Shown here: positions 53,780 through 64,000 of the stretch, one piece after another
Position numbering within the stretch: the first letter of the stretch is position 1
Layout: every line of letters begins with the position of its first letter
DNA from: Pristiophorus japonicus
Lineage: Eukaryota
Length of the DNA stretch: 64,000 bases
Direction of reading: 5' to 3'
Assembly (NCBI RefSeq): GCF_044704955.1
Contig: NC_091980.1
Span: forward strand, 268,832,001-268,896,000
The notes under the pieces: generated by a model
Database searches by the model: none
Seen by the model: the letters and a program-made list of their open reading frames with translations, nothing else
Told to the model about the DNA's origin: nothing
Made by a program: the position numbers and the translations under genes

Positions 53780-55030
53780 CGCCGCTGCTGCCCCCGGACC
53801 CGCCACCCCAAGACCCGGACCCACCCCCACTGCTGCCCCCGGACCCACCCCCACTGCTGCCCCCGGACCCGCCACCCCAAGACCCGGACCCACCCCCACT
53901 GCTGCCCCCGGACCCGCCACCCCAAGACCCGGACCCACCCCCACTGCTGCCCCTGGACCCGCCGCCGCCTCCAGACCCGGACCCACCCCCACTGTTACCT
54001 CCGAACCCACCCCCACTGTTGCCCCTGGACCCGCCGCCGCCCCCAGACCCGGACCCACTCCCACTGTTGCCTCCGAACCCAGCCCCACTGTTGCCCCTGG
54101 ACCCGCCGCCGCCCCCAGACCCGGACCCACCCCCACTGTTGCCTCCGAACCCAGCCCCACTGTTGCCCCTGGACCCGCCGCCGCCCCCAGACCCGGACCC
54201 ATCCCCACTGTTGCCTCCGAACCCACCCCTACTGTTGCCCCTGGACCCGCCGCCGCCCCCAGACCCGGACCCACCCCCACTGCTGCCCCCGGACCCACCC
54301 CCACTGCTGCCTCCGAACCCATCCCCACTGCCGCCGCCGCCCCCAGACCCGGACCCGGACCCACCCCCACTGCTGCCTCCGAACCCACCCCCACTGCTGC
54401 CCCTGGTCCTGCCACCGCCCCCAGACCCACCCCTACTGCTGCCTCCTTACCCACTCCCACTGCTGCCCCTGGTCCCGCCACCGCCCCCAGACCCGGACCC
54501 GCCCCCACTGCTGCCCCCGGACCCACCCCCACTGCTGCCCCTGGACCCGCCGCCGCCGCCCCCAGACCTGGACCCACCCCCACTGCTGCCTCTGAACCCA
54601 CCCCCACTGCTGCCCCTGGACCCACCGCCGCCCCCAGACCCGGACCCACCCCCACTGCTGCCCCCGGACCCACCCCCACTGCTGCCTCCGAACCCACCCC
54701 CACTGCTGCCCCTGGACCTGCCGCCGCCCCCAGACCCAGACCCACCCCCACTGCTGCCCCTGGACCTGCTGCCGCCCCCAGACCCACCCCCACTGCTGCC
54801 CCTGGACCTGCCGCCGCCCCCAGACCCAGACCCACCCCCACTGCTGCCCCTGGACCTGCTGCCGCCCCCAGACCCACCCCCACTGCTGCCTCCGAACCCA
54901 CCCCCACTGCTGCCCCTGGTCCCGCCGCTGCCCCCAGACCCAGACCCTCCCCCGCTGCCGCCAGACCCACCACTGCCCTGCCGTAACCCCCTCCGCCATC
55001 GCACCCGGACCCTCCACTGCTCCACTGCCG
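53780..55030. repeat. C-rich variant minisatellite (~1.25 kb)
   Basis: modular units such as acccacccccactgctgcc, cctggacccgccgccgcc and cccagacccgg. Confidence 0.95.
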
Positions 55031-55609
55031 CCTACACCGCTCATGCTCCAGGCATGGGCCTGATGCTGAACCACGGGTGGTGTCAGACCTAAAAAAAGCG
55101 ATCAATCTCAGTTTTGAAGTTTTCAATTAATCGCGATCACAGTCCAGCGAGCTCAAGTCCAGCAAAGTAAGCAGCTCGTAACCAAGCATCAGGGAAATAA
55201 TACCTGTATTTAAATAACAACTGTTTTTTTACTCTGAACGGATGTCAGTACGGAAAAATCCACCTCATTACTGCTTACTGTATTTTTTTTCATTCTTTTG
55301 GCTTCCCTCCTCTCCTGAGGTGGTGATTCCCCATGAATACAGTTCCATAAACACCAACAGCCCTGGAGTACATCGCCCAGATGGCCATTTTTCAAGTGTT
55401 AATCTAGACAGTGAATATTAGCAGGCTATTTGATGGTGGAGGCCATCACAGCCAAATCCAGTCCTATCCTCACCCAACAGCCACACAATGTATTTTCCAG
55501 CATGGGTCACTGAATAGTGTTTCGGAGTGCATTCACCCAGCCCCCAACCCCCTCACTTTTCGTATGTGTAATAGAAGTTTGTATTTCAGAGTGTAGGGCA
55601 GTCTATAAA

Positions 55610-56030
55610 GAAAGAACATGCAGTTATGCATCGCCTTTCATGTCAACTAATTAATTACATTTTTGACGTGTAATCACTTGTTATGTAGGAAAACACTGCA
55701 GTCAATTTGCACACAGTAAGATCCCATAAACAGCAATGAGACAAAAGATCAGTTAACAGCTTTGATGGTATTGTATGAGCGATGAATAATGACCAGGATA
55801 CCAGAAAACATCCCGCTTTTCTTCCAAAAAATGCCACGGAGTCTTTGTGTTCACGTGAACAGCCCCTGTTTAACATCTCATCCAAGAGTAGCAACTTAGA
55901 CAATGCAACACTCCCTCAGTACTGCACTGAAGAGTCAGCATAGATTATATGCTCAAATCCTGCAGTTATATTGGAAGCCACAACCTTCAGACATAGAGGC
56001 TAGAATGCGAACAACCAAGCCAGGCTGACA
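55610..56030 (-). mobile_element. DeuSINE (SacSINE1-like), degenerate
   Basis: reverse-complement homology to 45958-46407. Confidence 0.7.
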
Positions 56031-57737
56031 CTAAAAACCCACTTCTACTTTCTAACTCTTAAATTATGGAGTCATCCATACCTGTGACATATAGATATCT
56101 AATACTCTGTCCTGCTAGTACCCACCTAAACAGTTTACTCTGTATGTTTTCTGAAAACAAATGTCCCAGAGTTTTATAAAAGTTAATATTCACTTAAAAA
56201 AAACCATAACATGCCACAGTTTGAAATATATAAAGATATTTTATGATATCACACATCTTGATACTGGAGAATGGAAAGATGCAATGAGCTACCACATTAT
56301 TGTTTCACCTCTGGGACCAAGGTATCAGATGAGATAAAGCTTGCTTTTTCTGGCAGCTGTAAGTGTACATTATAGGCATGGGGCTACAGCACAAAGTAAT
56401 CCATAATTCAGCATATTTTGGCACTACATTTTCAATCTGTCACATGTCATCATGGACAAGGAATGGAAAAATTCTCATTTGTGCAGTAGTGGCACATCTG
56501 CCGAGATTGTAACTAAGGTACATTGTTGCTGCAGTGAAGGAATATATACCCTGGATGAACCTGACCAAGGACTGCTTGAAGCTGCTGAAGAGAAGTCCAA
56601 AATGGATGTGGTTCAGTTCACAGCACGAACCAACACTTACCCCCGGCCCCCACCTCACTTGGATTAGTAGAACCAAAGTCATGGAAAAAATATGTAATTT
56701 AAAAGAAAATCCAGGGCAGGTTCCCGTAGCATCTTGTACTCCATACGATGAAAAATCAATAATTAGTATATACAGTTATTAATTGAAGTGCTGAACATAA
56801 TAACAAGCTGAATATCTTGAAAATCTCACCATAGACATAATATTAAAAAATATCCATGCACATGCAAGGGTTTTTATTCCATGAGGTTCCATTATAATAA
56901 GCTCAAATGAGCTATTAAAAAAGATGGACTTAATAAAATGTATGGTATTAAATATTCAGTGGTGACCAGCATATTCGGAAAAGGTGTTTCTAACTAATAG
57001 GGGAGATAAATCAATATTATTCTTTAGCTTGTAACTAATTATGCTTAACAAGCAGAGTCATAGAGTGGCTGCTTGGGGTAGGGTGCACCTCCCACTATTA
57101 TCATCAACTGAAGGACCATTTGCTGCATTCAAGTGTTTGCTTTTCTGACCGAATTGAGCTTTTGAAGCATGCCTGGTTGATATTCTATTATTTACGAGTC
57201 TTTCACCTGTTTCCTGTGCCACTCGTTTTACATTCTCTATCAATATTTTACGTGGCCTCCTTTTTGTCCCAACCCTGTCATATTAGTCTATGAGATTGTT
57301 TTTGAAGATGAATCATTTTGTAAATGCATTACATGCTCAAACCAGCACAAGTTACATTGTTCATCAGCTTTGATTTTATTGCAGTTTCTTCTTTGTTTAT
57401 TTTAACCAAAGAAACCCCATTCGCTGTCTCCAGATTTCTGTCAGAACAAATCTAGGTCACCATGATGCCATGTATAATTTATTTTATTTAATACAGCAAT
57501 GGTCCACTCACAAAAGACAGACATAGTTTCTTACATAAAGCCTGCCTCCAAACTCACAACTTGTTAGGTGAAGGTGGAAAAATAAATACAAATTTTTTTA
57601 ATCTTTTCAAAAGAAATTCATAATATACTCAACAAATAATGAAAATCACTAAGGGTGGCATCGTGTGCAGCACATTTGACTTCAAAGCAGAGTGCTACAC
57701 GCCAGTCGACCGTGATTCCTCGCACAATGCATTTCTG

Positions 57738-58166
57738 CCACATAGTTCGCATGCCAGACACGAGACTCCCAAAGTAAGCGCTCTACTCGGAACTTGTCCA
57801 CGGCAAACGAGCCAAAGGCAGGCAGGGGAAACGTTACAAGGACATCCTCAAAGCCTCCCTGATAAAGTGCGACATCCCCAACGACACCTGGGAGTCCCTG
57901 ATCATAGACTGCCCTAAGTGGAGGAAGTGCATTCGGGAGGGCGCTGAGCTCTTCGAGTATCGTCGCCGAGAACATGCAGAAATCAAGCGCACTCAGCGGA
58001 AGGAGCATGCGGCAAACCTGTCCCACCCACCCTTTCCCTCAATGACTATCTGTCCCACCTGTGACAGAGACTGTGGTTCTCGTATTGGACTGTACAGCCA
58101 CCTAAGAACTCATGCTAAGAGTGGAAGCAAGTCTTCCTCGATTCCGAGAGACTGCCTATGATGATG
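57738..58166 (+). mobile_element. RTE LINE 3' fragment
   Basis: HIVRMPDTRLPK motif, (ATG)n tail, 11-bp TSD ATGCATTTCTG. Confidence 0.85.
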
Positions 58167-58634
58167 ATGCATTTCTGATCCTAGTCTCATCATTCTGAGA
58201 AGCTGGCAACCAGAGGGAGAAAAAGTCAGAGGGCCAGCCACTGTTGTGGACCTTCTCGTGGCTCATTATAGCGTAACATTAGCAGAGACCTAGAAGCAGG
58301 GCGGAAGCCTGTTCTTCTCAGCTAAGTGAAGTGTGAGACATGGGAAGGTCTTTGAGGAAAAAAAGGAAGAAAAAAAGGGCTGGAATAATGCAAATATATA
58401 AAGAAAAAACTTGCATCTATATAGCACCTTTCATGCCATCCCAATGCTGTAAGTGGGGCAGCGTGAAAAGATCACCCACCCAACCCATTATGTGCTGACT
58501 CCACATGTATTTTTGAAGTATTGATTTGTATAACCTCAGGGAGTTACTAGCGTAGAAAACATTTGTGATTGAGATATTGAATATTGGTGTAGGATCTAAA
58601 CATCTGCAGCAACTTAAAAGGACAGGCACATGGT

Positions 58635-59012
58635 TTGCAAGGCAGCACCGTTCTTAATGCAAACATGTCTGCAAGCAGTTCAGCAGGGATCAGAGCACAC
58701 CATTTCTCTGATGGAGCCTCAGAAATTCTGAGGGAGTTTGCCAAGCACAGCAGGGAGCCACCTATTCAGCACAGAACTCCTAATCAAGTTTTCCAAAAAG
58801 AACAGAAGGAGGTCACAACCAGTGTGAATGCCATGACCAATGTATCGCAAGGCTGGAGGCAATGTAGAAAGAAGTTTAATGACCTTTGACGAAAGGTTAG
58901 TGACCTGAAAAGTTAACTCTGTTTCTCTCTCCACAGATGCTGCCTGACCTGCTGAATATTTCCAGCATGTTCTGTTTTAATTTCAATTTAATAACCTTAC
59001 CAGGCTAGCCAA
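58635..59012 (+). pseudogene. Harbinger-type Myb/SANT-like DNA-binding ORF remnant, interrupted by a Penelope-like fragment (~58887-58985)
   Basis: RAHHFSDGASEIL...KEVTTSVNAMTNVSQGWRQCRKKFNDL, resuming as LTRLAK then GTAAG. Confidence 0.7.
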
Positions 59013-60243
59013 GGTAAGAGTACTTACTGTGACCTCCAACTAGTTCAGTATACAAAACAGATTAGGGCACTTACAGTGACCTCTCCTCAAACCGTCTTAA
59101 ATTACTTTTAATGCTTGCCATGAATGCCCATTATATAAAAGTTATATTTAGCCTTCTTCTGGTAATGCTAATACATTTGCACACTTGCAGTCAGGCTAAA
59201 GCAATCATTCTATTTAATGTAGCTTCAAGATGCATATACATGTCACCAAACCCAGTGCGGTCTATATGCTAACATTTGGTAATCATTGTATATCAGTATG
59301 ACAATTGCTACCTCCTACTTCTTCTATTCTGGTTTTAGAAGACATCTCATAACAAAAGAGAAAGCACATACACAGGAGGACCTCATAACATTCATGCTTT
59401 AACCACATAAGAGGAAAAAAACCTACAAATCCTAAGGACAAATGCCAGAGAGGCTGGAGATGGGGAAGTAGGAGGATTGGTCCCAGCTAAGGATTCGTAG
59501 TAACCATTTTCTCCTGCTCTTTCTTCTGATCCCATTCTCTCATTAACTTGCAGGCGACAAACCAAACACTGAAGAATTTTAACCTGTCAATTCTTCTATT
59601 GGAGGCTACAATGAAACCACCTCTTCCTTCTCAAGGTGTGGCAGAGGAAGCCAAGCCAAGACCCAAGTAACATTTGGCCCACAAGCACTCCACGCCACAC
59701 ACCATCACTAGCTGCATCCTTCCAAAGCACCAGCTGTGATACCTCTAAATAGTGAGATAGAGAGGGATACACAGGGTGAGACACAGAGCTTGAGTGTGAA
59801 GGAGCAGCTGATGCTGGCAGAGAAAGTGCAGGAACCTGCTATCCCAGGGGTCATCTCATTTTTCTCCTTGGCTGATGAACCCAGGGATATGTGTTCCAAA
59901 GAAAGACAATATCGTGTAATGATTGGAGACCATGCTAAGCAACATGTTAAAATTGAGGACTCACAAAAATTAAAAGGAATAATTACTTTGGTTTGAATGC
60001 ATGCAAGGATGCGAGTGAAGAACAATTAGCAGTGGAAAGCTACTGCTGCTAGCTGCGACAGAGCCTCCCATGCCAGAGATCATTAAGTCGGTAATTCTCT
60101 CAAGAGTGCTCAGACTGGTCCCATAGAAACCTGGGTTCCCGGGTGGAATGGGCTATCTTTTTTGGCTTCGACAGGCTTGGCGATTGTCTAGAAAGGACTA
60201 TAATGCAGCTGTTCACTAATCTTATTGATGTTATACCAATCAG

Positions 60244-60406
60244 CAATGTTCCTTTTAATTTTTTTATCTGGCTGCACGTCCCCTTTAAGGGACTGTGCAG
60301 CCCATTCAGAATACTGCTCATGCGCAGTTTTTCCTATTTAAAAGCCGGTGAGCTGGCTGTACAGGCACTGCGCGGCCACGCGGCACACAACTTAAAGGGA
60401 ACATTG
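60244..60406. mobile_element. hAT-like MITE
   Basis: TIR CAATGTTCCTTTTAA / TTAAAGGGAACATTG and perfect 8-bp TSD CCAATCAG. Confidence 0.85.
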
Positions 60407-61957
60407 CCAATCAGTGGCCGTGGTGAGACAGGGTTCAACATGACATGGCTGGATTGTGTAACCCCGCCCTACTTAAGTAAGAAGAGTCATTCCAAGAAGA
60501 AACAATGGGTTAGCGGCAGAGTCACATAGGCAGGCCCTGCCACAAACCTGCCAATTGGAGGAAATCCAGCCTGTTGGGTTGAGGTCAATCCAAATCATGT
60601 AATTTTGGACACAAGCGATAAATAAATTTGTTGGTTTATTAAATATTGACAGAAAGTATAAGCATGTTTACATGTCTATATGCTCACAAGTAATCACGAT
60701 ACACAACCCATCGACTCACACTTCTCAGCTTCGGTATATTCAGGAGTCAGGTTGGTACCCAACAGCTGATCTGTACTGCTGCTTTTGTGTTGATGTGGCT
60801 TGGAAATTGCTGCACGACGTGATTGTTTAAGTAGAACTGTGATGGGTTAAAATTCTGTTATTTGCAAAGAATGCCGAGAATGTTTGCGCCACTAGAGATT
60901 TAATTTGGAAGTAAGAGCACTGAAAATCAGTGTATTTTCTGATGTAGTCGACTGATAAAGGAAGCGCTTATTTGTGTCATCTTAATTGTGTCTGATTGCT
61001 ATTGGTGCTCCATAGCCACTTTCACATCTCCAAATCCGTCTTGAAAGGTCTGAGATTCTGAGTCATCCAATATTAATCAAGGTGTGCAGCAAGACATGTA
61101 ACCATCATGAATTTGAACTTCAGGCCAAAGGAAGTCATCACATTACAAGATTGAAATCTTGTTTATTTGATTGATGTTAAGGAGTTTTCATTAATAATTA
61201 GGACGAAATCTCAAAAGGACTGATTTGTTGATTGTGTGCTAACCAGGATATTAATTTTTACAGTGTTTTTTTCAGTAACCATGAGTCGTAAAGCAAGTTA
61301 TTTTGTTTCCAGAATACTTATCTTCTAAATGAATTCAATAAGGAAGTTGTGTTCAAACACCCTCATGTGTCCATAGTTACAGTCACCTCCCCAAATAGTT
61401 GTTCTTCCTTTAAAGGTTAAACTGGACAAAATGATGGCATTTCATTTGTTAGAGTTGATTTTTTAACACAATGTAGCAGAAACAATGACAAGATTTTTCT
61501 ATTTCTTTCCAAATGCAATTTTTTTTTCAACCGGAAGAATATACCACAAACAATATGTTTAAAACATGCTCTGAGAAGTTGTCTTCAAATAGATTTGTGA
61601 CTCTAATAAAATATTAACAAAGTGGTCATGTTTGATAAAGAAGTTGTCAAAGTAACCAAAGATGCAAACACTCTCTGATATCATTATGTCTGTGCTTAGG
61701 AGGTACAGTAAACTTTTAAACAATACATATAATTAAAAGTCGCGTCCAGTCTGTGTCTTGTGTGTCACACCTTTCAAAGACATCCATCTTCAAAATATCA
61801 TACCTCTGTAATGCAAAGTATATATTCGCTGGTATTTGTAATATCTGTTGTTATCAAATATCCAATCAACTATGCAATAACAAATCAAAAACAGTCAGTA
61901 AGTAACAATGAGGAACAATGAGAAACAAGTAAGCAGCATAAAAATGAGCAATCAAAC

Positions 61958-64000
61958 TATTGTGTATGGAGAAAGAGTCAGACTGAACACTGTGAGCTCA
62001 AAGTAAAGTGTGACCTTAACCTTTTATTGCAGGTCTTCAGAGTGCCTCTCCAACCTGTGAAGCCTTCATAAATACCTGTGATCCCTTGGGACTCTGGGGA
62101 ATGAGCCCTTTGGTGGCTGTACAGAGTAAATACAAGTCCACATATATAACAACATTCCCCCCTCCCCAAAGTCAATAGTGTAACTATTTACAATGTGAGT
62201 CGATCTGGGGCCCTTCTTGCCCTGGTTGATCGTCTCGGTGTGAAAGCTGGTGTTGTTGAATTATTTGTTGGGCCCTCGCTGGGCTGCTGTGCAGCTGGCC
62301 TTGCAGGGCTGCCTGGTGTGTTGGACCCTGCAGGGTGCTGTGGATGATGGGTTCTTCTTCGTGGTCAACCGTGGTGTCGGTTGCCACTGGTGTGTGTGTT
62401 GGGGGATCAAAAAAGGTAGGGTCCAAGGTGGGTTGCTCAGGGTAGCCCGTGAATCTGAGTTTGATTAGGTCCAAGTATTTCCAGTGAATGAGTCAATTTG
62501 AAAGTTTGACCCAAAACACCCTGCTCCCCTCTTTGGCCACAACAGTGCTGGGAAGCCACTTGGGACCGTGTCCATAATTTAATACAAATACAAGATCATT
62601 GACTTCAATCTCACGTGACACATTTGCGCTATCATGGTATGCACTTTGTTGAAGCTGCCTGCTCTCTACCTGTTCATGTAGATCAGGATGAACTAACGAG
62701 AGCCTTGTCTTGAGTGTTCTTTTCATGAGCAGTTCAGCAGGTGGGATCCCAGTGAGTGAGTGTGGTCTCGTGCGGTAGCTAAGCAGGACTCAGGATAGGC
62801 GAGTCTGCAGTGAGCCTTCAATTACCCTCTTCAAGCCTTGCTTGATGGTTTGCACTGCTCTCTCTACCTGACCATTGGACGCTGGTTTAAATGGGGCAGA
62901 TGTGACATGTTTGATCCCGTTACGGGCCATGAATTCTTTGAACTCAGCACTGGTAAAACATGGCCCGTTATCGCTCACCAGGACATCGGGTAAGCCGTGT
63001 GTGACAAACATGGCCCACAGGCTTTCAGTGGTGGCAGCGGACGTGCTAGCTGACATTATCTCACATTCAATCCACTTGGAGTACGTGTCTACAACCACAA
63101 GGAACATTTTACCCAAGAATGGGCCTGCATAGTCGACGTGTACCCTAGACCGCGGTTTGGTAGTCCAAGACCATAAACTTAGCGGCGCCTCCCTGGGTAC
63201 CTGGCTTAACTGCGAGCATGTATTTCATCTGCGAACACAGGCCTCTAAGTCCACATCGATACCGGGCCACCACAAGTGGGATCTGGCTATCGCTTTCATC
63301 ATTACGATGCCTGGGTGGGCACTGTGGAGGTCATTGATGAAGGTGTCTCTGCCCTTCTTGGGTACCACTACTCGATTGCCCCACAGAAGGCAGTCTGCCT
63401 GTATAGACATTTCATCTTTGCGCCGCTGGAACGGCTTTATCTCTTCCTGCATTTCCACTGGGACACTGGACCAGCTCCCATGAAGCACACAGCTTTTGAC
63501 TAGAGATAATAAGGGGTCCTGGCTTGTCCAGGTTTTGATCTGCCGGGCAGTGACAAGTGATTGCTCACTCTCAAATGCTTCCATAACCATGGCTAGATCT
63601 GCGGGCTGTGCCATTTCCACCCCCGTGGTGGGCAATGGCAGCCTACCGAGAGCATCGGCGCAGTTTTCTGTGCCTGGCCTGTGGCGGATGGCATAGTTGT
63701 ATGCGGACAACGTGAGCGCCCATCTCTGGATGTGGGCAGATGCGTTGGTATTCATCCCTTTACTCTCAGAAAACAGGGATATAAGTGGCTTGTGATCAGT
63801 TTCCAATTCGAATTTTAGCCCAAACAGGTATTGATGCATTTTCTTTACCCCATAGACACACGCTAACGCTTCTTTTTCAATCATGCTATAGGCTCTCTCG
63901 GCCTTAGACTGACTCCTGGATGCATAAGCAACCGGTTGCAGTTTCCTGAAATCATTAGCTTGTTACAATAAACACTCGACGCCATATGACGATGCATCAC
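61958..64000 (-). mobile_element. Mag-like Gypsy LTR retrotransposon, third family: 3' LTR (61958 to ~62151), integrase and RNase H; runs off the window
   Basis: PPT next to the LTR; ORFs 63225-63884, 62790-63116 (SDNG, SNGQVER) and 62493-62726 homologous to element 1. Confidence 0.92.

Noticed and set aside
53738-55126. Long Pro/Ala/Gly-rich ORFs (192-450 aa) as mucin-, elastin- or collagen-like genes
   Set aside because: They are open in many frames on both strands because the repeat lacks stop codons; there is no non-repetitive coding context or convincing splice structure.

Overview
Vertebrate genomic DNA, most likely an elasmobranch (shark or ray), judged from HE1-like SINE/HER1-like LINE tails, SacSINE1-like DeuSINEs and shark-type CR1s. 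The first ~12.7 kb holds the last coding exons of LRRC9 on the + strand: four phase-compatible exons plus a probable short terminal exon. The rest is dominated by transposable elements. These include three Mag-clade Ty3/Gypsy LTR retrotransposons (two complete with LTR pairs, tRNA-Ser PBS and 5-bp TSDs), all with non-canonical TG...TA termini; several CR1 LINEs, one with an uninterrupted 968-aa ORF2 and one in a three-level nest; RTE LINE 3' fragments and internally deleted RTE derivatives; L2 fragments; Penelope-like fragments with hammerhead ribozyme cores; Harbinger-like and hAT-like MITEs; a Harbinger Myb/SANT remnant; a solo LTR; and two GC-skewed minisatellites. Unique islands between the repeats may be decayed exons of an unidentified minus-strand gene, but the evidence is weak. 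No prokaryotic-type system (CRISPR etc.) is present. All family assignments come from motif recognition, not database searches.
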